A stretch of 34,429 bases of DNA from Akkermansiaceae bacterium (GCA_043779985.1 JAYWDF010000422.1:1-34429); one strand, 5' to 3'. Positions 1-9,355 are shown, counted from the stretch's first letter. A program made the numbers and translations. The notes: generated by a model from the letters alone, not told the origin.

Positions 1-27
1 CCGCCCCCCCCCCCGCGGCACGCGCCA

Positions 28-171
28 TTACTCCGGTTCTTTCGACTTCCCTATTCCATGTTGACCGTCCTGCCCGGAATCTATCGGATATTCCGCAGCC
101 GGGATGCCAATGAAGTCGAACTCCAAGCATTGTCCCAACTCGTCTGTCTCGGACAAAGTTGGGCCGGTCAT
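28..171 (-). CDS. Small acidic hypothetical protein (47 aa), possibly translationally coupled to msrQ
   Basis: The ATG at 171 overlaps the msrQ TGA (ATGA overlap). Product MTGPTLSETDELGQCLEFDFIG...KSKEPE. No recognisable family. Confidence 0.3.
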   Translation of the reverse strand: MTGPTLSETDELGQCLEFDFIGIPAAEYPIDSGQDGQHGIGKSKEPE

Positions 172-788
172 GCCGCTGGCGATTTGGATGTTTTCATCGT
201 CGTTGGTGGTTGGTTCAACACCCGGTAGCCGAGTAAAATGACGACCGCCGCCGCGAAAACCATCGGATAGGTGATGTCGGATTTCACGATCATCACATAG
301 TGGATGACCCCACCAATCGCAACGTAGTAGGTCAGGCGGTGAAGCAGTGCCCAACGCTTACCTCCGAGACGCTTGATCATCGCGTTGGTGGAGGTGACGG
401 CGAGCGGCACCATCATCAGATAGCTTGGCATCCCGATGGCGATGAACGGACGTTTGTAAACATCCGCCGCTACCGTGCCGAGATGCCAATCTCTATCAAA
501 CGCCAGATAGGTCAGCAAATGGGCGGTTCCATAGTAGAACGCGAAAAGCCCCAGCGTCCGCCTTTGCTTGAGCAGCCAGTTCCAGCCGAAGATTTTCCGC
601 AGCGGAGTCACCATCAGCGTGACCACGAGGAAAACCAAGGTCATGACGCCGGTGCATCGGGTGACAAATTCCACCGGGTTCGCTCCCAGCTTCCCGCGCC
701 AGGCGTCGATGCCGATGAGAACCGCGGGCAGCAGGCTGTTGACCAGAATCAGTTGCCGATGGAAGGTGGAGTCCTTGGAGAAGTTCAT
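168..788 (-). CDS. msrQ: Methionine sulfoxide reductase heme-binding membrane subunit (ferric reductase-like)
   Basis: Motifs GANPVE, TG, LMVTPLR, RRTLGLFAFYY...H, KRPFI, PLAVTS, LGGKRW..LHRLTY and H-Y. Lies directly downstream of msrP. Confidence 0.93.
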   Translation of the reverse strand: MNFSKDSTFHRQLILVNSLLPAVLIGIDAWRGKLGANPVEFVTRCTGVMTLVFLVVTLMVTPLRKIFGWNWLLKQRRTLGLFAFYYGTAHLLTYLAFDRDWHLGTVAADVYKRPFIAIGMPSYLMMVPLAVTSTNAMIKRLGGKRWALLHRLTYYVAIGGVIHYVMIVKSDITYPMVFAAAVVILLGYRVLNQPPTTMKTSKSPAA

Positions 789-794
789 TGGCAG

Positions 795-1760
795 TTAGAA
801 ATTCCTTTTCAGATCCATGCCCGCATAGAGGTACGCCACCTGCTCTGCATAACCGTTGAACGGCAGAGTTTCCTGCGTTCCGCCGCTGCCTATCCGGCGT
901 TCGCGGGCTTGCGACCAGCGCGGGTGATCAACCCCGGGATTCACGTTAGAGTAGAATCCATACTCACCCGCATTCGCAAGGTTCCAAGTGGTGGGAGGCT
1001 GGCGGTCCGTCAGCGTGATCTTCACCACCGACTTGATGCTCTTGAATCCATACTTCCACGGCACCACTAGACGGATCGGCGCGCCGTTCTGGTTGGGCAG
1101 GGTTTTTCCATACAATCCAGTTGCGAGCAAGGTGAGGGGATGCATCGCCTCGTCGAGGCGCAACCCTTCGACGTAGGGAAGATCGATACCTGCGAAACGC
1201 GAGTCCGGCATCTGCTTTACGTCATAGTAGGTCTCAAACGCGAGATGCGTCGCCTTGGACATGGGTTCCACCATTTTAAGAAGTTGTGATAGCGGAAAAC
1301 CCACCCATGGAATCACCATCGACCATCCCTCGACGCACCGAAACCGATAGATGCGCTCGACCTGGTCGAATTTCAAAAACTCCGCAAGGTCGAATCGACG
1401 CGGCTTTCCCACCAATCCTCCGACCTCGACGCTCCATGGGTCCGTGATGAAGTCCTTTGCCTTAGCCGCTACCTCGGACTTGTCGGTTGAGAATTCGTAG
1501 TAGTTGTTATAACCGGCGATCTCCGAAAACGTATTCACCCGTCCGCCCAATGGAACTCCTGCGGTCAGTTGATCCTCCGCGACGGTCGTGATCGCGGCCC
1601 CTGAGTTCACCACCTCCGGCCGCGGGCTGAAAGCGCGGTAGATCCCGGCCGTCGCCAGCGCCGTTCCCGCGAGGACGGAACCCTTCATGAAGTTCCGGCG
1701 ATTGAGGAATGTTTCCTCGGGCGTGATCTCATCGGACAGGGATTTCGGTTTATCGTTCAT
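795..1760 (-). CDS. msrP: Periplasmic molybdopterin methionine sulfoxide reductase catalytic subunit
   Basis: EITPE..F.NRRNF Tat signal, [22 protein letters not shown] (Mo-ligand Cys), [42 protein letters not shown]. Confidence 0.96.
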   Translation of the reverse strand: MNDKPKSLSDEITPEETFLNRRNFMKGSVLAGTALATAGIYRAFSPRPEVVNSGAAITTVAEDQLTAGVPLGGRVNTFSEIAGYNNYYEFSTDKSEVAAKAKDFITDPWSVEVGGLVGKPRRFDLAEFLKFDQVERIYRFRCVEGWSMVIPWVGFPLSQLLKMVEPMSKATHLAFETYYDVKQMPDSRFAGIDLPYVEGLRLDEAMHPLTLLATGLYGKTLPNQNGAPIRLVVPWKYGFKSIKSVVKITLTDRQPPTTWNLANAGEYGFYSNVNPGVDHPRWSQARERRIGSGGTQETLPFNGYAEQVAYLYAGMDLKRNF

Positions 1761-1937
1761 CGTTTGCCAATCACCGTCTTACCGGTGGGAAACCGCGCCA
1801 CCAATGATATTCCCTGAAACTTGGGTGAAGTCAGCCTCATCCCGTTGATCACGCGCTTCAACATCGCCCTCTCGGCAAAAATTTAAAGTCTGGCGTCCCC
1901 TCTCGTCGTCGGGCGCATGGAGCCGGAAGTATTTAGA

Positions 1938-1969
1938 TTGACGACCGGTTAATGAGAATTAATCTCAGT
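1938..1969 (+). promoter_or_regulatory. Sigma70-type promoter overlapped by a Fur-type box
   Basis: TTGACG (1938-1943), 16 nt, TAATCT (1960-1965). The 7-1-7 palindrome TGAGAAT-T-AATCTCA (1953-1967) resembles the Fur consensus TGATAAT-N-ATTATCA and lies directly upstream of an iron permease. Confidence 0.7.
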
Positions 1970-1972
1970 TGC

Positions 1973-3025
1973 ATGAACGGTAGTCGCTCAACCTCGCCCG
2001 ACCTGATGCTGTCCACTCCCCGTCAAAGATCTTGGCCCGTGGGATTGAAGGTCGCTTTGGGCCTTTCCGCGCTACTCGTGGTGGCCGTCCTCGTTTGGCA
2101 AGGAGTCACATCACAAGGCGTGCCGGACCCAGTCAGAGGATCCTCGACCCGAGTGTCAGCCCTTTTGGACATCGGAGTTCTCGTTTTTCGCGAGGGGTTG
2201 GAGTGCATTTTGGTAATCTCGGCCATCACCGCCAGCATGACCGGCGATCAAAGGGCACATCGGCGTCCTGTCGCGGTCGGTGCGGGTCTCGGCTTCGTGG
2301 GAACGTTGATCACTTGGTTCATTGCGGTCGGTATCTTGAATAATCTCGCTGACAACGTATCGGCCCTCAACCTACAAGCGGCGACCGGACTACTGGCGAT
2401 TATCGTCCTGCTCGTGGTGATGAACTGGTTTTTTCATAAAATGTATTGGGGCGGTTGGATCGGACTTCACAACCGCAAGAGGAAATCGTTGCAGGGAGAG
2501 GCCGGTAGCGGCCAAATCACCGGCACACGCTTGGCTATGGGCCTCGCGCTTCTCGGCTTCAGTTCTTTCTACCGGGAAGGATTCGAAGTGGTGCTTTTCC
2601 TCCAGGGTTACCGCCTGAAACTCGGAACGGATGTGGTTGTCCTCGGCACCCTCTTCGGCGGAGTGCTGACATGCATCGTGGCGGTCCTCACTTTCGTGGC
2701 ACATCGTCGGCTGCCTTATCGCAAAATGCTTGTTTGGACGGGAATCATGCTCGGGGCAGTGTTGCTGGTAATGGTCGGTGAGCAGGCACAGGAAATGCAG
2801 CTCGCCCATTGGATTCCCACGACTGAGATCCCCGCACTGGCGAAGTGGATGCCCGGATGGATGGGTCTGTGGTTCGGAATTTCTCCCACGCTGGAAACTC
2901 TGACTGCACAGGCGCTAGCGGGAGGTCTCGTGATAGGTTCCTATTTTGCCGCCTCACGCCGTTCCTCCAAGGTGCCCAACCGCAGTACTGCCAGCGTTGA
3001 TGGATGTTTGGCAAACTGCAGATAA
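1973..3025 (+). CDS. FTR1/EfeU-family iron permease
   Basis: Two RExxE motifs (FREGLE, YREGFE) and multiple TM helices. The track start at 1952 falls inside the Fur box, so ATG 1973 or 2006 is more likely. Confidence 0.88.
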   Translation: MNGSRSTSPDLMLSTPRQRSWPVGLKVALGLSALLVVAVLVWQGVTSQGVPDPVRGSSTRVSALLDIGVLVFREGLECILVISAITASMTGDQRAHRRPVAVGAGLGFVGTLITWFIAVGILNNLADNVSALNLQAATGLLAIIVLLVVMNWFFHKMYWGGWIGLHNRKRKSLQGEAGSGQITGTRLAMGLALLGFSSFYREGFEVVLFLQGYRLKLGTDVVVLGTLFGGVLTCIVAVLTFVAHRRLPYRKMLVWTGIMLGAVLLVMVGEQAQEMQLAHWIPTTEIPALAKWMPGWMGLWFGISPTLETLTAQALAGGLVIGSYFAASRRSSKVPNRSTASVDGCLANCR

Positions 3026-3170
3026 GAGATTTTTTCGGCCTCAAGAGTTCAACTCTCGGGCATCAAGGGCAAAATAGACGCAAAACTACCCTCTTTTCAT
3101 TTTGATGCCGTTACTGCGCTCCACTTCTGCCTCGGACTATGTTCTTGACCGAGTCCACATCCCGCGTGAG

Positions 3171-3581
3171 ATGCGGGAAGTGCAACGTGTGATGGCAGCT
3201 CTTCTTTTGCTGTGCTTCGGGATCATGATCCCGGCGGCAGCCGCTCCCATGCGGACATGCTTCTTGGAAAAGAAGGTGCATACTGCCGGTTTCGCCACCT
3301 ACGGCGAAACATCCACAGGCAAGGTGAAATGCTGCCCGGACTGTGGCTCGACCGAAAAGGGCGATTCCTGCTGCATTGAGGTAAAGAAACTGCCGGACTC
3401 CACCAATCCAGCTCCGCCGTTTCTCCTGTTTCCCATTTCGTTTTGTTTGGCCCCTATGGACGTGTGCGTGCCGCCATGTCCAGTGACGGAATTGAAAGAG
3501 CCTTTTGTTCCTTCAGTGCCGATCCGCGGCCCCGACTTGCCCCGAGAGTGGCGAGCGCTGCTTGGAGTCTGGAACATTTGA
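3171..3581 (+). CDS. Cys-rich exported or leader protein preceding the czc-like operon
   Basis: Hydrophobic N-terminus, CCPDC...SCC cluster, Pro-rich linker, C-terminus IRGPD...LLGVWNI. Start uncertain (3171, 3180 or 3192). Confidence 0.7.
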   Translation: MREVQRVMAALLLLCFGIMIPAAAAPMRTCFLEKKVHTAGFATYGETSTGKVKCCPDCGSTEKGDSCCIEVKKLPDSTNPAPPFLLFPISFCLAPMDVCVPPCPVTELKEPFVPSVPIRGPDLPREWRALLGVWNI

Positions 3582-3721
3582 TCCGGGGTGTTGACCCCGT
3601 GTGAAGCCAACCATTGTTAGGATGGCTTTTTACGCACTGCCGCACAGGTGTGCCGCGTTCCGATCTCAGGATCGAAGTCCGTGCGAATATCTCCATCACC
3701 CAAGTTTTCATCACTCATTCC

Positions 3722-5023
3722 ATGACATCCAGAATTCCTTTCGTCGCGCCGATGCGGCACCTGCTATTTGCGGGAACATTTCTTTCCCTCTTGGGGGCGA
3801 CAGTCGCCCTCATCCATGCCGAGCCAGAACCCGTTGCGGTCACCATCAACGGTCTCGTCACTCAGGCGCTGTCCGCCAACCCTGAACTCAAGTTTTACAA
3901 AGCCGAAATCGCCGTCGCGAAGTCCAACCGCAGCGTGGCAGGCAAATTGTCGAATCCTGAACTCAGCCTGGATCTCGGTCAAAAGCGGGTGCCCTCGGGC
4001 AATGCCCAGGCGGAAGGCGTTGCCTATGCAGTGGCGCTGGCCCAGCCCATCGAGTGGCCAGGCCGCCTTGGATTGCGAAAAGCGATTGCCGATCGTGACA
4101 TCGCACTTGCCGAACTTGGATTGGACCAATTCAGCGCGTTTCTCGCCGCACGGGTGAAGATCCTCGGCTACTCGTTGGCGACCCAACAGGAAAACGCCGC
4201 CGCCGCCGCCGATGTGGCGACGCGGATTACCAGCGTGAAGGAGGTAATCGTCCAGCGTGAACCGGGTGGCATTGCTCCGCTGCTGGAAACGAAAATTCTC
4301 GAAGCTTCTGAAATCACCGTGCAGCGCAAGGCCACCGAAGCGGCGGTGGAAATGCAGAAGGCCATGCTGGAACTCAACCAGCTCATGGGCCGGCGCGCCG
4401 ATTCTCCGTTGCAGGTGAAACGCACCGAATACGAGAGCGCGAAGCCTGCCGCACTTGTGACGCTCCTCAACCAAGCCGCCCAAGGAAATTACGCCATCCG
4501 CGTCCGCCGTGCGGAACTGGAACAGCAGGGCTTGAAAGTCGCACTCAGCCAGAACGAGCGCTACCCCACCTTCACCGTGGGACCATCCGTTTCCCATGAG
4601 CAAGCCGGAGATAAGGAAACCGTCATCGGCCTAACACTCTCCTTGCCGCTACCCTTGTGGGACGATGGCCGTGCGGCGGTCACCACCAGCGAGGCAAGAC
4701 GGATGCAGGCCGAAGCCGCGCTGCAATCGACCTTCCGCGATGTCGAACGCGAAATCACCGAGGCATGGCTCATTCTTGAAACCCAACGGAAACGACTTGA
4801 TGGTTGGAAGCCCGACTCTCTCCAAACATTCGCCGAAGCGGCAAGCCTCGCCGACCGTCACTACCGCCTCGGGGCCGTGCCCATCAGCACTTACATCGAA
4901 ATGCAGGATAAATACCTCGAAGCCACCGAAGCCATCAATGCCAGCCGCCTTGAGGTACTCCGCGCCTCACTGGACCTCGAACAACTCGTCGGTTCCGCCC
5001 CTGCCAAAAATTCAAACAAGTAA
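3722..5023 (+). CDS. Outer-membrane efflux protein (TolC/CzcC family)
   Basis: Signal peptide, AL..NPEL, NPEL.L, QPIEW.G, P..T.G, LPLPLWD, Y..G. First structural gene of an RND operon. Start at 3722 or 3752. Confidence 0.9.
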   Translation: MTSRIPFVAPMRHLLFAGTFLSLLGATVALIHAEPEPVAVTINGLVTQALSANPELKFYKAEIAVAKSNRSVAGKLSNPELSLDLGQKRVPSGNAQAEGVAYAVALAQPIEWPGRLGLRKAIADRDIALAELGLDQFSAFLAARVKILGYSLATQQENAAAAADVATRITSVKEVIVQREPGGIAPLLETKILEASEITVQRKATEAAVEMQKAMLELNQLMGRRADSPLQVKRTEYESAKPAALVTLLNQAAQGNYAIRVRRAELEQQGLKVALSQNERYPTFTVGPSVSHEQAGDKETVIGLTLSLPLPLWDDGRAAVTTSEARRMQAEAALQSTFRDVEREITEAWLILETQRKRLDGWKPDSLQTFAEAASLADRHYRLGAVPISTYIEMQDKYLEATEAINASRLEVLRASLDLEQLVGSAPAKNSNK

Positions 5024-5027
5024 CGCC

Positions 5028-5756
5028 ATGAAAAATTCATCCCTAACTATTCTCGCCTGTGTGGGTCTCGGCGCCATCGCCCCCCTTGGCACCTCCTGTC
5101 AGAAGTCGGACGCCGCCACCGCCAAAGTCGTGGAAAAAGCTCCCGAAAACGGAGCCAAGTTCAAAAAGGGCGAAGGCGTCTCCCTAACCGAACAGATGAA
5201 GAAGTCCATCGGTTTTCAAACCGCCGAGGTGACCGAGGAAGAAGTGCCGTCAACCCTGACGATCGATTTCACAGCGACAGGTTCACAAGCCGCCAACGGT
5301 CCTCTCACGGCCCGACAGGCTGCCTTCGCCAAGCCAGGGATGGAAATCAAACTGGCAGGCGAGGGCCTTGCGCCGGAATTGAAAGGCGTTATCCAAAGCA
5401 TCGACAAGATTCCCTTCGGCACGGCCGGTGATCTCGAAGTCACCATTTCCACCAGCCAACCGCTGCCCCAAGGCAGTAACTTCAAGGGGATCATCAACAT
5501 CCCCGCGAGCGGTTCGGTTGCCGCCGTCCCCGCCGCAGCACTGTTGAAAACCGCCGAGGGCACCTTCGTCTATGCCGTGAACGGAAATTTCTACGTCCGC
5601 ACTCCCGTCAAGATCGGCGCTTCCAATGACAAGCTCGTCGAAATCACCGATGGCCTCTACTCCGGCGATCAGATCGTGACCAAGCCGGTCATGTCGCTGT
5701 GGATGGCGGAGCTGCAAGTGCTCCGCGGTGGTAAAGCATGCACCTGTGGACACTAA
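5028..5756 (+). CDS. Short lipoprotein periplasmic adaptor (CzcB-like MFP, 242 aa)
   Basis: Lipobox-like LGTSC, VSLTEQ...IGFQTAEV, AVP.AALL...GTFVY, PVKIG......VEITDGL..GDQIV. Lies between the OMF and RND genes. Confidence 0.85.
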   Translation: MKNSSLTILACVGLGAIAPLGTSCQKSDAATAKVVEKAPENGAKFKKGEGVSLTEQMKKSIGFQTAEVTEEEVPSTLTIDFTATGSQAANGPLTARQAAFAKPGMEIKLAGEGLAPELKGVIQSIDKIPFGTAGDLEVTISTSQPLPQGSNFKGIINIPASGSVAAVPAAALLKTAEGTFVYAVNGNFYVRTPVKIGASNDKLVEITDGLYSGDQIVTKPVMSLWMAELQVLRGGKACTCGH

Positions 5757-5762
5757 CACGTC

Positions 5763-8700
5763 ATGCTGAATCATCTTCTCGAAGCGGTCATGCGGCAGCG
5801 CGTGGCGGTGCTGCTTGCCACGTTCGTTCTTATAGGTGTCGGGGTGTGGGCCATGCTGCGGCTGCCCATCGACGCCGTGCCTGACATCACCAATCCTCAG
5901 GTCCAGATCAACACCGCCGTGCCCGCGCTCGCGCCGGAGGAGATTGAGAAACTGGTTTCATTTCCCATCGAAAGCGAAATGGCGGGACTGCCGGACATGG
6001 TGGAACTGCGCTCGCTTTCCAAGTTCGGTCTCTCGCAGATCACGATGACCTTCAAGGATGGAGTGGATCTCTATCGAACCCGGCAACTCGTCACCGAACG
6101 GCTTCAGGGTGTCTTGGATGAACTGCCTGCCGGACTCACACCCAAGCTCGCGCCCATCGCCACCGGCCTGGGAGAAATCTTCTATTACACCCTCGATTAC
6201 ACGGCGGACGCCAAGGACAAGCCCGCCACCCGTGAGGCGCAGCTCATGGCGCTTTGGCAGATCCAGGAATACACGGTGAAGCCCTTGCTCCGCAGCACCC
6301 ACGGCGTGGCCGAGGTCAACCGCAGCGGCGGCTACGAGCGCGAACTCATCATCCAGCCGGATCCAGTCAAGCTCGCGGCGGCGGGACTCTCGCTGGATTC
6401 CCTCGCGAAAATGGTCGAGCAAAACACGAAAAACGCTGGCGGCGGCTCCATCGAAATCGGCGGCGAGCAACTGATTGTGCGGGCTCCGACACGGGTAACC
6501 TCGGCGGAGGAAATCGCCAAGCTGCCGCTAAAATTCGGCGCAGGCGTCCGGCCCATTTTGTTGAGCGATGTCGCCACGGTTGGGATCGGTTCGTCGTTCC
6601 GCACCGGGGCCAGCACGCATGAGGGACAGGAAGCACTGGTCGGAGCCGCGATCATGCTCGCCGGGGAAAACACCCGCCTCGTCGCCCAGTCCGTTAGGGC
6701 CAAGCTGGAGGAAATCCAGGAGAAGCTTCCGGATGGCGTGAGCATCAAGCCCGTTTATGACCGTAGCGAGTTGGTCAATCGTACCATCCATACGGTCGAA
6801 CGAAATCTTTTCGAAGGCGCGGTGCTTGTCGTCGTCGTTCTGTTTTTGCTGTTGGGAAATTTTCGGGCCGCATTCATCGTCGCATTGGTCATTCCGCTTT
6901 CCATGCTGTTTGCCATGACCGGAATGATCAGGCTCGGACTCTCGGGAAACCTCATGAGCCTCGGCGCGGTGGACTTCGGTCTCATCATCGACGGCGCGGT
7001 CGTCATGGTGGAAAACATCGTCCGCCATCTCGGCGAACGACAGCATGCGCTCGGGCGCAAGCTGACGAACCAAGAGCGCTCCCGCGAAGTCCTGCGTTCG
7101 GCCAAGGAGGTCGCGAATCCGATGTTCTTCGGCGTCCTCATCATCACCGTCGTCTATCTGCCGATCCTCGCGCTGCAAGGCATCGAGGGCAAAATGTTCA
7201 CCCCGATGGCCGTGGTGGTCATGCTCGCGCTCGGCGGTTCGCTCGTGCTCGCCCTCACCCTCATGCCGGTCCTTTGCTCGTATCTGCTAGGGGGCAATAT
7301 TCAGGAAAAGGACAACTGGCTCGTGTCACTGGTGAAGAGGCTTTATACGCCGCTCCTGAATTTCGGCCTGCGCTTCCGCTGGCTGGTGATCCTGCCGATG
7401 TTCGCGCTCTTCGGGTTTTCGCTCGTGATCTTTTCCCGCCTCGGCTCGGAATTCATCCCGCAACTCGATGAAGGGGATTTCACCCTGCAATTCATCCGCA
7501 GCAGCAGTGCGGGGCTTTCCGCCTCGGTGGAATTGCAGAAACAATCCGAGACCATTCTCCGCCGCGACTTCCCGGAAATCCGCGATGTATTTTCCCGCAT
7601 CGGCACCGCCGAAGTCGCCTCCGATCCGATGGGTCCTAACGTCTCCGACACCTACGTAATGCTCCAGCCCCGCGAGTCATGGCGGAAGGTGGACGGTAAG
7701 CCAATCACCAAGGAAGCCTTGGGAAATCTGATGAGAATCCGCGTGCTCGATCAGGTGCCGGGGCAGAATCTCCTGGTCTCGCAGCCCATCCAAATGCGTT
7801 TCAACGAAATCATGGCAGGCTCCCGAGCCGACTTGCTCTGCAAGATCTACGGCGAGGACTACAACGAACTCGAAAGCCTGGCTGGCCAAGTCCGTGCGGT
7901 GCTCAACGAAATCCCGGGTGGCGCGGAAACCGAGTTCGATGCCATCGGCAAGGTCCCCATGATCGAGGTCCAGCCGGATCGCGATGCCATGCAGAAATTC
8001 AACGTCCATGCGGATGATCTGAATCGTCTGATAGAAACCGCGCTTGCCGGGGCCAACGTCGGCTCGCTCATCGAGGGCAACCGCCGCACGCCCATCATCG
8101 TGCGCCTGTCGGAGGACCGCCGTGCGGACATCCCCGCCATGGAGCGCCTGCCGCTGCGCACGGAGGAAGGCGCGCTGCTCTCGCTCGGACAAATCGCCAA
8201 GGTAAAACTCGTGGAACAGGTGAACCAGATTTCACGGGAGAACACCCAGCGCCGCGTCTCCGTGCTCATCAACGTCCGCGGACGGGATACCGCCAGCTTC
8301 GTGGAGCAAGCCGCCAAAGCGATCCATCAGCAGGTGAAATTTCCCGACGGCTATTACTTCGAGTTCGGTGGCCAGTTCAAGAACCTGAAGGAAGCGAAGG
8401 CACGTCTGACGATTGTGGTGCCGCTCGCCTTGGGGCTGATCTTCGTGCTCATCTTCCTGAGTTTCCGGTCCCTCCGGCAAGCCACCCTGATCTTCCTCTG
8501 CGTGCCGCTCGCGGTCTCCGGCGGTATCTTCGCCCTGTGGCTGCGGGCGATGCCATTTACCATTTCCGCCGCCGTCGGATTCATCGCCCTATCAGGCATC
8601 GCCGTGCTCAACGGCATCATGCTCATCAGTTTCATCAATCAGCTCCGCGAGGAAGGGAAATCGCTTCGTGATGCCGTCGTCGAAGGCACACTCACCCGTC

Positions 8701-8918
8701 TGCGGCCCAAGCTGATGACCGCCCTTGTCGCCTCGTTAGGCTTCCTTCCCATGGCCATCGCCACCGGTGCCGGAGCGGAAGTCCAACGCCCGATTGCCAC
8801 CGTCGTCATTGGCGGCATCGTGACATCCACTTTCCTCACCCTGCTCGTCGTGCCACTGCTCTACGAATGGCTTGAGAGAAAAACCAAACCAAGAAACCAA
8901 CAACCAATCGAATCATGA
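5763..8918 (+). CDS. czcA: Heavy-metal RND permease, CzcA-type (divalent cations)
   Basis: LPIDAVPDITNPQVQINT; TM4 GAVDFGLIIDGAVVMVEN (Czc-type DFG..DG..VEN signature); EFIPQLDEG; RLRPKLMTA; GAEVQRP. Confidence 0.93.
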   Translation: MLNHLLEAVMRQRVAVLLATFVLIGVGVWAMLRLPIDAVPDITNPQVQINTAVPALAPEEIEKLVSFPIESEMAGLPDMVELRSLSKFGLSQITMTFKDGVDLYRTRQLVTERLQGVLDELPAGLTPKLAPIATGLGEIFYYTLDYTADAKDKPATREAQLMALWQIQEYTVKPLLRSTHGVAEVNRSGGYERELIIQPDPVKLAAAGLSLDSLAKMVEQNTKNAGGGSIEIGGEQLIVRAPTRVTSAEEIAKLPLKFGAGVRPILLSDVATVGIGSSFRTGASTHEGQEALVGAAIMLAGENTRLVAQSVRAKLEEIQEKLPDGVSIKPVYDRSELVNRTIHTVERNLFEGAVLVVVVLFLLLGNFRAAFIVALVIPLSMLFAMTGMIRLGLSGNLMSLGAVDFGLIIDGAVVMVENIVRHLGERQHALGRKLTNQERSREVLRSAKEVANPMFFGVLIITVVYLPILALQGIEGKMFTPMAVVVMLALGGSLVLALTLMPVLCSYLLGGNIQEKDNWLVSLVKRLYTPLLNFGLRFRWLVILPMFALFGFSLVIFSRLGSEFIPQLDEGDFTLQFIRSSSAGLSASVELQKQSETILRRDFPEIRDVFSRIGTAEVASDPMGPNVSDTYVMLQPRESWRKVDGKPITKEALGNLMRIRVLDQVPGQNLLVSQPIQMRFNEIMAGSRADLLCKIYGEDYNELESLAGQVRAVLNEIPGGAETEFDAIGKVPMIEVQPDRDAMQKFNVHADDLNRLIETALAGANVGSLIEGNRRTPIIVRLSEDRRADIPAMERLPLRTEEGALLSLGQIAKVKLVEQVNQISRENTQRRVSVLINVRGRDTASFVEQAAKAIHQQVKFPDGYYFEFGGQFKNLKEAKARLTIVVPLALGLIFVLIFLSFRSLRQATLIFLCVPLAVSGGIFALWLRAMPFTISAAVGFIALSGIAVLNGIMLISFINQLREEGKSLRDAVVEGTLTRLRPKLMTALVASLGFLPMAIATGAGAEVQRPIATVVIGGIVTSTFLTLLVVPLLYEWLERKTKPRNQQPIES

Positions 8919-9355
8919 AAACCATCACCCGTCTCCTCACCGCCGCCGTGCTTGTCGCCTTCACCGGCAGCGCGTTCGCGGCCGCCACCGTCAAGGCCGG
9001 TCCCCGCAAGGGCCGCATCCTGGAAGTCGAAACCCAACAAGCCGAGTTCTTCATCGAGAAAGACCGCACTGTTAGTATCGCCTTTTATGATGCCGCCATG
9101 AAAGCCCAGCCCGCCGCTACGCAAGTGGTCACGGCCACCGCCGAAGCCCCGAGCGGCAAGGTGAAACTGGAGTTCGAGAAAAAGGGCGACCTCCTTGTCT
9201 CGAAAACCCCGCTGCCAGAAGGCGAGCATTATACCATCGTGGTCCAGGTAAAAGCCGCCGCCGATGCGAAAGCCAAAAACTTCCGCATCCCGATGGACCT
9301 CGCGGAATGTGGCAAATGCCACAACCCCGAGTATGCTTGTATTTGCGACGAGTGA
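8915..9355 (+). CDS. Periplasmic metal-binding accessory protein with a C-terminal Cys tail
   Basis: ATGA overlap with czcA, Sec signal (AFA), GPRKGR at the mature N-terminus, C-terminus ECGKCHNPEYACICDE. Confidence 0.8.
   Translation: MKTITRLLTAAVLVAFTGSAFAAATVKAGPRKGRILEVETQQAEFFIEKDRTVSIAFYDAAMKAQPAATQVVTATAEAPSGKVKLEFEKKGDLLVSKTPLPEGEHYTIVVQVKAAADAKAKNFRIPMDLAECGKCHNPEYACICDE

Noticed and set aside
1-27. Run of 11 C at 4-14
   Set aside because: At the window edge and non-coding. Could be an assembly or poly-G artefact; no evidence for phase variation.
1761-1937. Possible Moco riboswitch or ECF motif upstream of msrP
   Set aside because: No recognisable Moco RNA elements. The GCGGTTT and CAAGTTT near-matches lack CGG..AC at the required spacing.
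3582-3721. NiCo (czcD) riboswitch upstream of the czc-like OMF
   Set aside because: Hairpins are present, but I could not match the conserved NiCo junction sequences. Treated instead as a possible attenuator.
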